Shown in pieces: positions 34,485-46,400 of a DNA stretch of 64,000 bases. Source of the DNA: Clostridia bacterium (lineage in GTDB: Bacteria > Bacillota > DSM-521 > Neomoorellales > SLTJ01). The notes below the pieces were generated by a model. The model was not told the DNA's origin, did not search any database, and worked only from the letters and a program-made list of their open reading frames with translations. A program made the translations under genes and the position numbers. The stretch covers positions 85,590 through 149,589 of the forward strand of contig JANLFO010000002.1 in NCBI GenBank assembly GCA_024653205.1, in the 5' to 3' direction. How positions within the stretch are numbered: position 1 is the stretch's first letter; each line of letters opens with the position of its first letter.

Positions 34485-36509
34485 ATGCCAAGGTTTCGGG
34501 ATCCCACCCACACCGCGCGGCCCTCGGACGCCCCGCGGGTGCCGGAGCGTAGGAAGCGCGAACGCACCATTGATCCGGCAGCATTAGAAATGCTGCAAAA
34601 GGCCCAGGAGGCCAACGTTACCACCGCCTTTGATCGCTTTTTGGCCCAGCAGCCTCAGTGCCAGTTCGGGTACACTGGTATCTGCTGCCGCTTCTGTATG
34701 GCCGGTCCCTGCCGCATCCGGTCCCTGGACGGACCGGGAAGCCGCGGGATCTGCGGCGCGTCGGTGTGGACAATCGTAGCCCGGAGTGTGGGGCTCATGA
34801 TCCTCACGGGCTGTGCCTCACACGCCGAGCACGGCAACCATATGGCACAAACCCTGCTGGAAATGGCCGAGGGCCACGCGCCGGACTACAGCATTAAAGA
34901 CCCGGAGAAGCTGAGGCGGGTATGCAGGCGGGTGGGAATCGAAACCGAAGGCCGTGGCGAGCTGGACCTGGCCCGAGAACTGGCCGAAAAGGCTTTGGAC
35001 GATTTCTCGCGGCTCAAGGGGATGGGAGAGTCCACCTGGGTTGCCACCACCGTTACCCCCGGCCGCAACCTGAAGTTCCGCACCCACGCCGTAATGCCCC
35101 ACGGCATCCACGCGACGATCTCGGATCTGGTTACCCAGGCTCACGTGGGAATGGATGACGACCCGGTAAACCTGGTCTTCAGCGCCATAAGAGTGGGTCT
35201 GGCCGACTACGCGGGAATGCACATCGCCACCGACCTTTCGGACATACTGTTCGGAACGCCGGAGCCGGTAGTAAGCGAGGCCAATATGGGGGTTCTGGAT
35301 GCCGACAAGGTCAACATAGTCCTGCACGGCCACAACCCTCTTTTAAGCGAGATCATCGTGCAGGCGGCCCGCGAACTGGAACCGGAGGCCGTAGCCGCAG
35401 GTGCCAGGGGAATCAACCTGGTGGGCATCTGTTGCACCGGTAACGAAGTGCTTATGCGGCAGGGCATACCCCTGGTCACTTCCTATGCCTCCCAGGAACT
35501 GGCCATTTGCACCGGCGCCGTAGACGCCATGTGCGTGGACGTCCAGTGCATAATGCCGGCCATCCGGAGCACGGCGGAGTGCTTTCATACCCGCATTATC
35601 ACCACTTCGGACATAGTCAAAATCCCGGGCTCGTACCACATCGATTACCAGACCACGAACGCAGCCCGCGACGCCCGGACGGCGGTGCGGCTGGCCATCG
35701 AAGCCTTTAAGGAGCGCCGCGAGAGCGGCCGCGCCGTATATATCCCTCAGATCAAGAATACGGTGGTGGCCGGCTGGAGCCTGGAGGCGCTCATGCGCCT
35801 GTTTGCGGGCCTGAATCCGGAAAATCCGGTGCGGGCCCTCAACCAGGCCATACTGGAGGGTGAACTGGCCGGCGTCATCCTCATGGCCGGGTGCAACAAC
35901 CTGAAGACCTTCCAGGACAACTCCCACATTACCATAATGAAGGAAATGCTCGGGAACAACGTGCTGGTACTGGCCACGGGCTGCTCCGCGCAGGCGGCGG
36001 CCAAACTGGGTCTTATGGACCCGGCCAGGGTGGACGAACTCTGCGGCGAGGGGCTTAAGAGCTTCCTGCGCCGCCTGGAGGAGAGGGCCGACCTCAAGGT
36101 GGGCCTGCCCCCGGTGTTCCACATGGGCTCCTGCGTGGACAATACCCGGGCTTCGGACCTTCTGATGGCCATGGCCAACGACCTGGGCGTGGATACCCCG
36201 AAAGTGCCCTTTGTAGCCTCGGCGCCGGAGGCGATGAGCGGCAAGGCCACCAGCATCGGCACCTGGTGCGTGGCCCTGGGACTGCCCACCCACGTGGGGT
36301 GCATGCCGCCGGTAGAGGGAAGCGATCTCATCTACAGCATCCTCACCCAGATCGCCCACGACGTTTACGGCGGTCATTTCATCTTTGAGATGGACCCGGA
36401 GGTCGCGGCGCGCAAGCTGCTCAACGCCCTGGAGTACCGTACCTGGAAACTGGGCGTGCACCATCAGGTGGCGGATCGCTTCGAGACCAGGCTGTACCAA
36501 GGCTACTAG
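34485..36509 (+). CDS. acsA: Anaerobic Ni-Fe-S carbon monoxide dehydrogenase catalytic subunit
   Basis: 674 aa. It has the N-terminal B/D-cluster cysteines (CQFGYTGICCRFCMAGPCR), CooS-type motifs throughout and a GGAGGGGG SD. Confidence 0.95.
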   Translation: MPRFRDPTHTARPSDAPRVPERRKRERTIDPAALEMLQKAQEANVTTAFDRFLAQQPQCQFGYTGICCRFCMAGPCRIRSLDGPGSRGICGASVWTIVARSVGLMILTGCASHAEHGNHMAQTLLEMAEGHAPDYSIKDPEKLRRVCRRVGIETEGRGELDLARELAEKALDDFSRLKGMGESTWVATTVTPGRNLKFRTHAVMPHGIHATISDLVTQAHVGMDDDPVNLVFSAIRVGLADYAGMHIATDLSDILFGTPEPVVSEANMGVLDADKVNIVLHGHNPLLSEIIVQAARELEPEAVAAGARGINLVGICCTGNEVLMRQGIPLVTSYASQELAICTGAVDAMCVDVQCIMPAIRSTAECFHTRIITTSDIVKIPGSYHIDYQTTNAARDARTAVRLAIEAFKERRESGRAVYIPQIKNTVVAGWSLEALMRLFAGLNPENPVRALNQAILEGELAGVILMAGCNNLKTFQDNSHITIMKEMLGNNVLVLATGCSAQAAAKLGLMDPARVDELCGEGLKSFLRRLEERADLKVGLPPVFHMGSCVDNTRASDLLMAMANDLGVDTPKVPFVASAPEAMSGKATSIGTWCVALGLPTHVGCMPPVEGSDLIYSILTQIAHDVYGGHFIFEMDPEVAARKLLNALEYRTWKLGVHHQVADRFETRLYQGY

Positions 36510-36530
36510 GGCAGAGGGGAGGGGTAATGC

Positions 36531-38723
36531 ATGACGGTAGACTTTGACAAGCTCTTCGAAGGCGCAATCCCGGAGGGAAAGAACCCCACCCGGCTTTTTC
36601 GCGAGGTATATCACGGGGCCATAACCGCGGTCAGCTACGCCGAAATCCTGCTCAATCAGGCCGTCCGGCGTTACGGGCCCGACCACCCCGTGGGTTATCC
36701 GGACACGGCCTACTACCTGCCGGTGATCCGCTGTTACAGCGGCGAAGAGGTAAAGAGGCTGGGCGACATCCCGCCCGTCCTCAATCGCATGCGGGCCCAG
36801 ATCAGGTCTGAACTGACCTTCGAGAACGCCCGGCTGGCCGGGGAATCCACCTGGTACGCGGCGGAGATAATCGAGGCCCTGCGTTACCTAGAGTACGATC
36901 CGGACAACCCGCCAGCTCCCGAACCCTGGACCGGGTTCATCGGCGATCCGGTGGTGCGGCGTTTCGGGGTGAAGATGGTGGACTGGACCATCCCGGGAGA
37001 GGCGATAATCCTGGGCCGGGCCCGGGATCCCAAGAAGCTGGCCCGGATGGTGCAGGAGCTCATGGGCATGGGCTTCATGATCTTCCTCTGCGACGAAGTA
37101 GTGGAGCAGTTGCTGGAGGAGGACGTGAAGCTGGGCGTCGACTACATTGCCTACCCCCTGGGCAACTTCACCCAGATCGTGCACGCCGCCAATTACGCCC
37201 TGCGGGCGGGCATGATGTTCGGCGGTATCACCCCGGGTCTGCGGGACGAACAGAGGGACTATCAGCGCCGGCGCATCCGGGCCTTCGTGCTCTACCTGGG
37301 CGAGCACGACATGGTGAAGACCGCCGCCTGCTTCGGGGCCATCTTCACCGGGTTCCCGGTGATCACCGACCAGCCCCTGGCCGAGGACCAGCAGATACCC
37401 GACTGGTTTTTCACCGTGGATGACTACGACAAGATGATCCAGATCGCCCTGGAGGTTCGGGGCATCAAGCTCACCCGGGTGAAGCTGGAGCTGCCCATCA
37501 ACTTCGGCCCGGCCTTCGAGGGGGAGAGCATCCGCAAGGACGCCCTCTACGTGGAGATGGGCGGCGGCCGCACCACGGCCTTCGAACTGGTGCGCAGCGT
37601 GGGCGAGCAGGAAATCGAGGACGGAAAGGTGGAGGTTGTCGGCCCGGAAATCGACGCCTTCCAGGCCGGGGACCGCCTTCCCTTTGCCTACGTGGTGGAC
37701 GTATACGGCCGTAAGATGCAGGAGGACTACGAAGGGGTTCTCGAACGCCGCATCCACGACTTCCTGAACTACGGTGAAGGGCTGTGGCATACCGCCCAGC
37801 GGGACATTGTATGGCTGCGCATTAGCAAGGAGGCGGTGGCCAAGGGAGTCAAGTTCCGCCACCTGGGGGAGATCCTGGTGGCCAAGATGAAGGAAGAGTT
37901 CCCCGCCATCGTTGACCGGGTACAGGTTACCGTCTACACCACCAAGGAAGACGTGGAGCGGCTGCTGCCCCTGGCCCGGGAGAGGTACCGGCTGCGCGAC
38001 GAGCGGTTGCGAGGGCTCACGGACGAGGCGGTGGACACCTTCTACTCCTGCAACCTCTGCCAGTCCTTCGCCCCCAACCACACCTGCATCGTCACTCCCG
38101 AGCGGCTGGGTCTCTGCGGGGCCGTGAGCTGGCTGGACGCCAAGGCCTCCCACGAGATTAACCCCGCCGGGCCGAACCAGCCGGTACCCAAGGAAGGCGT
38201 TATCGACGAATGGAAAGGCATGTGGAGGAGCGTCAACGAGTACGTCTACAACGCCACCAACCACAACCTGGAGGAAGTCAACCTGTACTCCATGCTGGAT
38301 CGGCCCATGACCTCCTGCGGCTGCTTCGAGTGCATCATGGCGATAGTGCCCGAGTGCAACGGCATAATGATCACCACCCGCGAGTACGGCGGCATGACGC
38401 CCTGCGGCATGACCTTCTCCACCCTTGCGGGGATGGTGGGCGGCGGCGCCCAGACTCCCGGCTTCATGGGGGTGGGGCGGCGGTACCTGGTCAGCCGCAA
38501 GTTCATCCGCGCGGACGGCGGGCTGGGCCGGGTGGTATGGATGCCCAAGGAGCTCAAGGAGCAGTTGCGCGAAGAGCTCAACGCCCGCGGCAGGGAGGAA
38601 GGCTTCGGAGACAGCTTTGCCGACACGATCGCGGACGAGACCATTGGCACCGGCGTGGAGGAAATCCTGCCTTTCCTGGAGGAGAAGGGGCACCCGGCCC
38701 TGAGTATGGAGCCCCTTATGTAG
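36531..38723 (+). CDS. acsB: Acetyl-CoA synthase (CO-methylating, A-cluster subunit)
   Basis: 730 aa. The A-cluster ligand region is CNLCQSFAPNHTCIVTPERLGLCG ... MTSCGCFECIMA. The gene sits directly after acsA. Confidence 0.95.
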   Translation: MTVDFDKLFEGAIPEGKNPTRLFREVYHGAITAVSYAEILLNQAVRRYGPDHPVGYPDTAYYLPVIRCYSGEEVKRLGDIPPVLNRMRAQIRSELTFENARLAGESTWYAAEIIEALRYLEYDPDNPPAPEPWTGFIGDPVVRRFGVKMVDWTIPGEAIILGRARDPKKLARMVQELMGMGFMIFLCDEVVEQLLEEDVKLGVDYIAYPLGNFTQIVHAANYALRAGMMFGGITPGLRDEQRDYQRRRIRAFVLYLGEHDMVKTAACFGAIFTGFPVITDQPLAEDQQIPDWFFTVDDYDKMIQIALEVRGIKLTRVKLELPINFGPAFEGESIRKDALYVEMGGGRTTAFELVRSVGEQEIEDGKVEVVGPEIDAFQAGDRLPFAYVVDVYGRKMQEDYEGVLERRIHDFLNYGEGLWHTAQRDIVWLRISKEAVAKGVKFRHLGEILVAKMKEEFPAIVDRVQVTVYTTKEDVERLLPLARERYRLRDERLRGLTDEAVDTFYSCNLCQSFAPNHTCIVTPERLGLCGAVSWLDAKASHEINPAGPNQPVPKEGVIDEWKGMWRSVNEYVYNATNHNLEEVNLYSMLDRPMTSCGCFECIMAIVPECNGIMITTREYGGMTPCGMTFSTLAGMVGGGAQTPGFMGVGRRYLVSRKFIRADGGLGRVVWMPKELKEQLREELNARGREEGFGDSFADTIADETIGTGVEEILPFLEEKGHPALSMEPLM

Positions 38724-38752
38724 AATAGATCCGAGGAGGGGAGTTGTGCCCG

Positions 38753-40090
38753 ATGCCACTGACCGGTTTGGAAATCTATAAGCAGCTTCCCAAGACCAAC
38801 TGCAAGGACTGCGGACACCCCACCTGCCTAGCCTTTGCCATGGCCCTGGCCAGCGGCAAGGCGTCGCTGGATGCCTGCCCCCACGTAAGCGATGAGGCGC
38901 GGGCAGTCCTGGACTCGGCCGCAGCACCGCCCATGGCCGAGATCACGGTAGGCACGGGGCAGGCTGCGGTCAAGCTGGGCGGCGAGACCGAACTCTTCCG
39001 GCACGAGAAGCGCTTCTACAATCCCGCCGCCGTGGCCTTCCTGATAAGCGATACTCTGCCGGAGGCGGAGTTATCGGCCCGGCTGGCCGCGATCCGGGAC
39101 CTGGTGTTCCACCGGGTAGGTCTGGAGTACCGGGTCCAGATGGCGGCGGTGAAGAACGAATCCGGCCAGGCTGATCCCTTCAAGAGGGCCGTGGCCGCCG
39201 CCGCAGGCACCGGGCTGGCCCTGATGCTGGTGACCGACGATCCCAAGCTGATGGCCGCCGGCCTGGAAGCGGCCGGGCAGAATCGGCCGCTGCTCTACGC
39301 CGCTACCGAGACCAACTGGGAGGCCATGCTGGAGCTGGCCAAGGCCCACCCCTGCGTGCTGGCGGTCAAGGCGCGCGGGCTGGAGGCACTCGCCGGCCTG
39401 GCCCAGAAGATCACCGCCGCCGGCTTCAAGGACCTGGTGCTGGATCCCCAGCCGACGAGCCCGGCGCAGGCGGTGGCCGACCTGGTCCAGATTCGTCGGC
39501 TGGCCGTTAAGAAGCGCTTCCGCCCCTTCGGCTACCCCAGCCTGGTGTTCGCCGGCGCGGAGGATCCGGCGGAGGAAGCGCTGGAGGCCGCACTGTACGT
39601 GACCAAGTACGCGGGTGTGGTGGTGCTCAAGAACGTCTCCCGGGCCCACCTGTTGCCCCTGCTCACCTGGCGGCAGAACCTCTACACCGATCCTCAGGTC
39701 CCCATCCAGGTGGAGGAGAAACTCAACGAGATCGGGACTCCGAGCGAAGACTCGCCGGTCTACGTCACCACCAACTTCTCCCTGACCTATTACTCCGTCC
39801 AGGGCGAGGTGGAAGGTTCCCGTATTCCCAGCTACATCCTCTCGGTTAACACGAACGGGCTTTCGGTAATGACCGCCTACGCGGACGGCCGGTTCACCGC
39901 GGAAAAGATCGCCCAGGTTATGAAGAAGGTGGACCTGGAGAGTAAGGTTAAACACCGCACCATCGTGATCCCGGGCGCGGTCGCGGTGCTGAAGGGGAAG
40001 CTGGAGGAACTCACCGGCTGGAAGGTACTGGTAGGGCCGCGCGAGGCGTCGGGAATCCCTGCCTTCGCCAAGAGCAACTTTGCCGCCTAG
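38753..40090 (+). CDS. acsC: Corrinoid iron-sulfur protein large subunit (gamma)
   Basis: [32 protein letters not shown] is the N-terminal 4Fe-4S domain. ATG 38753 is preferred over TTG 38744, which abuts the SD. Confidence 0.93.
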   Translation: MPLTGLEIYKQLPKTNCKDCGHPTCLAFAMALASGKASLDACPHVSDEARAVLDSAAAPPMAEITVGTGQAAVKLGGETELFRHEKRFYNPAAVAFLISDTLPEAELSARLAAIRDLVFHRVGLEYRVQMAAVKNESGQADPFKRAVAAAAGTGLALMLVTDDPKLMAAGLEAAGQNRPLLYAATETNWEAMLELAKAHPCVLAVKARGLEALAGLAQKITAAGFKDLVLDPQPTSPAQAVADLVQIRRLAVKKRFRPFGYPSLVFAGAEDPAEEALEAALYVTKYAGVVVLKNVSRAHLLPLLTWRQNLYTDPQVPIQVEEKLNEIGTPSEDSPVYVTTNFSLTYYSVQGEVEGSRIPSYILSVNTNGLSVMTAYADGRFTAEKIAQVMKKVDLESKVKHRTIVIPGAVAVLKGKLEELTGWKVLVGPREASGIPAFAKSNFAA

Positions 40091-40143
40091 TCGGGGAAGC
40101 GAAAGCCGCGAGTTCACCAAACCTGGGGAAGGGAGTAAGGAAG

Positions 40144-41115
40144 ATGGCCGTAGAAATCCTCAAGGATAGAAACCCGAGCCGGGTGGGAGAAGTGGTCCTG
40201 GGAGCCACCAGGGAAGAAGGGGGAACCCGGGCCTACAGCCTCCGGGTGGGCGGGGATCCGGCCTTGCCCTTTCACCAATTCGAGGGGGAAACGGTCAATC
40301 GCCCGGCGGTAGCCCTGGAGGTCGTGGACACAGTTCCGGAGTGGCCGGAGGAGCTGGCCCGCTGCTACCGGGACGTCTGGCAGGATCCGGCGCAGTGGGC
40401 AAAGAAGTGCGTGGAAGAGTACCGGGCCGACCTGGTCTACCTCAGACTCGAAGGAGCCGACCCGGAAAAGGGCAACCGTTCGCCGGAGGAATGCGTGGCC
40501 ACGGTGAAGCAGGTGCTGGCCGCCGTGGGAGCGCCCCTGGTGGTGGTCGGCTGCGGGGTGGCGGAGAAGGACAACCAGGTCATGGAGGCCATAGCCGAGG
40601 CCGCAGCCGGCGAAAAGCTGCTGCTCGGCAACGCCGAGCCGGACAATTACCGCACCCTGGTGGCCGCCTGCATGGTCCACGGCCACAGCGTAATCGCCAA
40701 GTCGCCCCTGGACATCAACATCTGCAAGCAGCTCAACATCCTGGTCACGGACATGAACCTGCAGTCCAACCGCATCGTGATCGATCCCTCCATCGGCGGG
40801 CTGGGCTACGGCATCGAGTACGCCTTCTCCATCATGGAGAGGCTGCGGCTCGGTGCCCTGCAGGGCGACCGCATGCTGGCCATGCCCGTCCTCTGCACCG
40901 TGGGCCAGGAGACGTGGCGGCATAAAGAGGCGGCAGCGCCGGAAGCGGAATACCCGGAATGGGGGGCGGAGGCCGAACGGGGCGTCATGTGGGAGGCCAC
41001 GGCTGCCGCCGCCCTGCTGCAGGCCGGGGCGCATATTCTGCTTATGCGCCATCCCCGGGCGGCAACCCTCACCAAGGCCCTGATCGATGAATTGGCCCGC
41101 CCCACCGATTTCTAG
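40144..41115 (+). CDS. acsD: Corrinoid iron-sulfur protein small subunit (delta)
   Basis: 323-aa TIM-barrel-type CFeSP subunit by position (acsC-acsD-acsE) and overall sequence character. AAGGGAG SD. Confidence 0.9.
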   Translation: MAVEILKDRNPSRVGEVVLGATREEGGTRAYSLRVGGDPALPFHQFEGETVNRPAVALEVVDTVPEWPEELARCYRDVWQDPAQWAKKCVEEYRADLVYLRLEGADPEKGNRSPEECVATVKQVLAAVGAPLVVVGCGVAEKDNQVMEAIAEAAAGEKLLLGNAEPDNYRTLVAACMVHGHSVIAKSPLDINICKQLNILVTDMNLQSNRIVIDPSIGGLGYGIEYAFSIMERLRLGALQGDRMLAMPVLCTVGQETWRHKEAAAPEAEYPEWGAEAERGVMWEATAAAALLQAGAHILLMRHPRAATLTKALIDELARPTDF

Positions 41116-41120
41116 GTTAA

Positions 41121-41924
<804 letters not shown>

Positions 41925-42000
41925 GCCGGCTGCGGCCCGGCGGAGAGGGAGAGGTGCTCCCGGACCGCCGGGCGAAACCTGCCGAGCCTGGCGGTGGGGG

Positions 42001-42618
42001 GTGAGGAAGTTGACGGTCAATCCTCCCGGCACCGCAGCGGGCGCGGGAGCACGGCTGGTGCCGTCCCCGGATTGGGCCCGGGAGGTAGAGCGGGAGTCCG
42101 CCCAGCCTGTTTCCCTCTGCTATCAGTGCCAGAAGTGCTCCGGAGGCTGCCCTCTGGCCTTCGCCATGGACGTACTGCCGCACCGGCTCATCCGCTACGT
42201 TCAGCTGGGCCAGAAAGAACGGGTCTGGCAGAGCCGCACCGTCTGGCTCTGCGCCGCCTGCCGCACCTGCGCCGCCCGTTGCCCGAACGGTATCGATATT
42301 GCTGCCGTGGCCGATGTTCTCAAACAGCAGGCAATGCGGCGCGGCCTGGTAGCGCCGGAGCCTTCCGTTCAGGCCTTTCACCAGACCTTCCTTTCCTCAC
42401 TGCGAAGCAGGGGGCGGATGCACGAGCTGACCATGCTGCTCCGGTTCAAGCTCAAGGCCGGCTTTAAGGGTAGCGAGCTTTCCCAGGATCTTCGCCTGGG
42501 GCTGGCCATGTTGCGGCACGGCAAGCTCAGGCTGCTGCCGGAAGGCGTAAGGCGCACGCGGGAAATCCAGGCCCTCTTTGCCAGGGCCCAGGAGGGTAAG
42601 TCGCATGGCGCGGTATAG
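42001..42618 (+). CDS. hdrC: HdrC-like 2x[4Fe-4S] subunit
   Basis: CYQCQKCSGGCP and CAACRTCAARCP motifs. The start is uncertain (GTG 42001 or TTG 42010). The track start 41914 overlaps acsE and adds an R/G-rich tail. Confidence 0.8.
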   Translation: MRKLTVNPPGTAAGAGARLVPSPDWAREVERESAQPVSLCYQCQKCSGGCPLAFAMDVLPHRLIRYVQLGQKERVWQSRTVWLCAACRTCAARCPNGIDIAAVADVLKQQAMRRGLVAPEPSVQAFHQTFLSSLRSRGRMHELTMLLRFKLKAGFKGSELSQDLRLGLAMLRHGKLRLLPEGVRRTREIQALFARAQEGKSHGAV

Positions 42619-43477
42619 CTATTACCCCGGCTGCTCGCTCCACTCCACGGCCGCCGAGTACGACCTCTCCACGCGGGCGGTTCTGACCGCCCTGGGTCAG
42701 GAGCTGGAGGAGCTGGAGGACTGGAACTGCTGCGGTGCCAGCTCCGGTCACGCCCTCAGCCCCTACCTGGCCCACGCCCTGCCCCTGCGCAATCTGGTTC
42801 TGGCCGAGGCGAAGGACCGGGAGCTGATGGTGCCCTGCGCCGCCTGCTACAACCTGCTGCGGGTTACCCAGCAATTCATGGCCGAAGGCGGCGAGGAGGC
42901 CGATAGCCTGAACCGGGACCTTGAGGCGATCACGGGCAGGCCCTACCGGGGCCGGGTAAGAGTGCGGCACCTACTGGAGGTCCTGAGCGATCCCGACATG
43001 CTGAGGCTGCTGAAGACGGCGGTACGCACCCCTCTGGGAGACCTTCCCGTGGCCGCCTACTACGGCTGCCTTCTTAACCGGCCGCGGCAGGTCAGCTTCG
43101 AGGAGATCCCGGAGCAGCCGGAGAGCATGGAAAGGCTGCTCCGGGTTCTGGGGGCAAGACCGGTGGGGTGGTCGGCCAAGACCGACTGTTGCGGCGCCTC
43201 CCTGGGGGTGTCCCGGGCGGACCTGGTGGGGCGGCTGGTAAACGATATCGTCCGGGCCGCGCGCCGGGCCGGTGCCCAGGCTTTGGTAACCGCCTGCCCG
43301 CTCTGCCAGTCCAACCTGGACGGTCGCCAGGAAGAGGGACAGGAACTGCCGGTCTTCTTTATTTCCGAACTGGTCGGCGCGGCCCTGGGCCTTAGAGAGA
43401 CCGAGTCGTGGCTGGCGCATCACCTGGTGGATCCGCGGCCGCTGCTGCGGGCGCGGCGCCCGGCGGTACCGGCGTAG
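42605..43477 (+). CDS. hdrB: HdrB-like subunit with two CCG domains
   Basis: MARYSYYPGCSLH... with NCCGASSG and DCCGASLG motifs. ATG 42605 lies 8 nt after GGAGGG and overlaps the hdrC stop. Confidence 0.85.
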   Translation: MARYSYYPGCSLHSTAAEYDLSTRAVLTALGQELEELEDWNCCGASSGHALSPYLAHALPLRNLVLAEAKDRELMVPCAACYNLLRVTQQFMAEGGEEADSLNRDLEAITGRPYRGRVRVRHLLEVLSDPDMLRLLKTAVRTPLGDLPVAAYYGCLLNRPRQVSFEEIPEQPESMERLLRVLGARPVGWSAKTDCCGASLGVSRADLVGRLVNDIVRAARRAGAQALVTACPLCQSNLDGRQEEGQELPVFFISELVGAALGLRETESWLAHHLVDPRPLLRARRPAVPA

Positions 43478-43484
43478 AGAAAGG

Positions 43485-46400
43485 GTGGTGAAGGAAGTGA
43501 GCGCGAGCGAGCGCGTGGGGGCGGTGATGGTAGTCGGCGGGGGCATTGCCGGAATGCAGGCCGCGCTGGACCTGGCCTCTTCGGGTTTTTACGTTCACCT
43601 GGTAACCGACAGCCCTTCCCTGGGCGGGCGCATGACCCAGCTGGACAAAACCTTCCCCACCAACGACTGTGCCATGTGCCTTTTGGGTCCGCGCATGACC
43701 GATACCCTAAACCACCCCAACATCGCCATCCACACCTGCAGCAACGTGGAGGGCGTGACCGGCAGGCCCGGTCAGTTCCGGGTGAAGGTCAGGAAGAGGC
43801 CTCGCTACATCAACCTCCGGGAATGTACCGCCTGCGGCGACTGCGAACAGGTCTGCCCCGTGGAGGTACCCGACCTGTTCAACGAAGAGATGAACACGCG
43901 CAAGGCGGTCTACAAGCTCTTCCCGCAGGCCGTGCCCAACAAGTACCTCATAGAGAAGCGGGGCACCCCTCCCTGCCGCTCCACCTGCCCGGCCGGAACC
44001 AACGTGCAGGGTTATGTGGCTCTCATTTCTCAGGGCAAGTTTACCGAAGCCCTGGAGGTGGTGCGCAGGCGCATGCCCTTCGCCGCGGTGTGCGGCCGTA
44101 TCTGCCACCACCCCTGCGAGGAGGAATGCAACCGGGCCGAGTTCGATGCTCCGGTGGCCATCCAGTGGCTCAAGCGGGCCGCGGCCGATTTCGGCGAGGA
44201 CAGGCCGCCCGCACCGCCGGCAGAGCGCCGGCCGGAAAAGGTGGCGGTCATCGGCGCCGGGCCCGCGGGCCTGGTGGCCGCCTTTGACCTGGCCCAGGAA
44301 GGCTTCCGGGTAACGGTCTTCGACGCCCTCAATGTGGCCGGGGGCCTGCTGCGCGCCGGCATCCCGCGCTACCGCCTCCCCGAAGCGGCGGTCGAGCGGG
44401 ACCTGGCCTGGTTGCTGGCCGGCGGGGCAGAGCTGAAACTCGGCGTCAGGGTAGGGCAGGACGTGAGCTTTGAAGACCTGCGCCGCGAGTATCAGGCGGT
44501 TCTCATAGCCGTGGGCGCCGGCGCCAGCCGGGGCCTCGACGTCCCGGGAACCGACCTTGAGGGCGTCTGGCCGGGGCTTTCCTTCCTCCGGGAGGCCGCC
44601 CTGGGAGACCGCCCGCAGGTGGGCAGTAAAGTGCTGGTGATCGGCGGCGGCAACGTGGCCGTAGATGCGGCGCGGACCGCCCTGCGGCTGGGTGCGGAAA
44701 CGGTGGAGATAGTGTACCGGCGCACCAAGGAGCAGATGCCGGCCCACGCCTGGGAGATCGCCGAGGCGGAGGAAGAAGGAGTGGTGGTTCACACCTGCTG
44801 GGTCCCGCGCCGCATCCTGGGCGAGAACGGCCGGGTTACCGGGATGGAGTTCATCCGGGTGGAGCCGGCGGTGGATGCGGAAGGCCGGTTCGCCCCCAGG
44901 GAGATACCCGGCTCGGAGCGGGTGTTCCCGGCGGACACGGTGATCCTGGCCGTCGGCCAGGCGACCGACCTTTCCTTCCTGGGTCCGGAGAGCGGGGTGG
45001 AGGTGCGGCGCGACGGCACCATCAAGGTGGACCCGGTGACCATGGCCACCACCGCAGCCGGGGTCTTCGCCTGCGGCGACGTGGTGCTGGGTCCTAGCTC
45101 GGTGGTGGAGGCGGTGGGCTCGGCCCACGAGGCCGCCCTTTCCGTCAGCCGCTACCTGCGCGGCGAGGACATGGCCGCCGGCAGGCAGAAGGAGACGGGC
45201 GACAAGCTCGGTCCCCCGCCCAAGGTGAAGGTGGAACCCAGGCCGCGGCTGGAACCGCGCCTCTTGTCCCCCGCCGAGCGCCGGACCGGCTTCGGCGAGG
45301 TGAGCCCGGGGTATACCCGCGAGGAGGCCATTGAGGAGGCCAGGCGATGCCTCAATTGCGGCATATGCTCGGAGTGCCTGCAGTGCGCAGCCGCCTGCCA
45401 GAAGAAGGCCATAGAGCACGACCAGCGGGAAGAGATGGTAGAGATTGAAGTGGGCGCGGTGATTGCCGCTCCCGGCTACTCTCTCTACGAGGGCCGGGCC
45501 GCCGGGGAATACGGGTACGGGGTCTACCCCAACGTCATGACCAGCATGGAGTTCGAGCGTCTGCTGAGTTCCACCGGGCCCACTCAGGGCGAGATCGTAC
45601 GACCCGGCGACGGCGCGCACGTGCGGCGGCTGGCCTTTATCCAGTGCGTGGGGTCCCGCGACGAGGCGCGGGCGGCAGAGTACTGCTCCGCCGTCTGCTG
45701 CATGTACGCCACCAAGGAGGCGCTTATTGCCCGCGAGCACGACCCCAATATCGAGCCCACCATCTTCTATCTGGACATGCGCTCCTACGGGAAGAATTTC
45801 GACCGGTACGTCGATACCGCCAAGGTGGCCGGTGTCCGCTATCTCCGGTCCATGATTTCGGCGGTGAAGGAAGACCCGGTAACCAGGAACCTGATCATCA
45901 GGTACGTTGCGGACGGAGAGATAAGAGAGGAAGAGTTCGACCTGGTAGTTCTGTCCGTGGGCCTGCGGCCGCCGGCGGCAGCCCGCGAACTGGCCCGCGC
46001 CCTGGGTATCGAGCTGAACCGGTACGGTTTCGCCCTTACCGATCCCCTCAGGCCGGTCTTCACCACCCGCGAGGGCATCTTCGCGGCCGGAGCCTTCCAG
46101 GGCCCGAGGGACATACCGGAAACCGTCATGAACGCCAGCGCGGCCGCTGCCGCCGCGGCAGAGTTCCTGGCGCCGGCGCGGGGTCAGCGGGTGCGGGCCA
46201 AGGAGTACCCGCCCGAGCGGGACGTCTCCTCGGAAGAGCCCCGGGTGGGGGTATTCGTCTGCCACTGCGGCCTGAACATCGCCTCGGTGGTGGACGTGGA
46301 AGCGGTAACCCAATTCGCGCGGGAACTCCCCGGAGTGGTCTACGCGGAGCACAACCTCTACACCTGCTCGCAGGACAGCCTGAAGCGCATCCAGGAGATC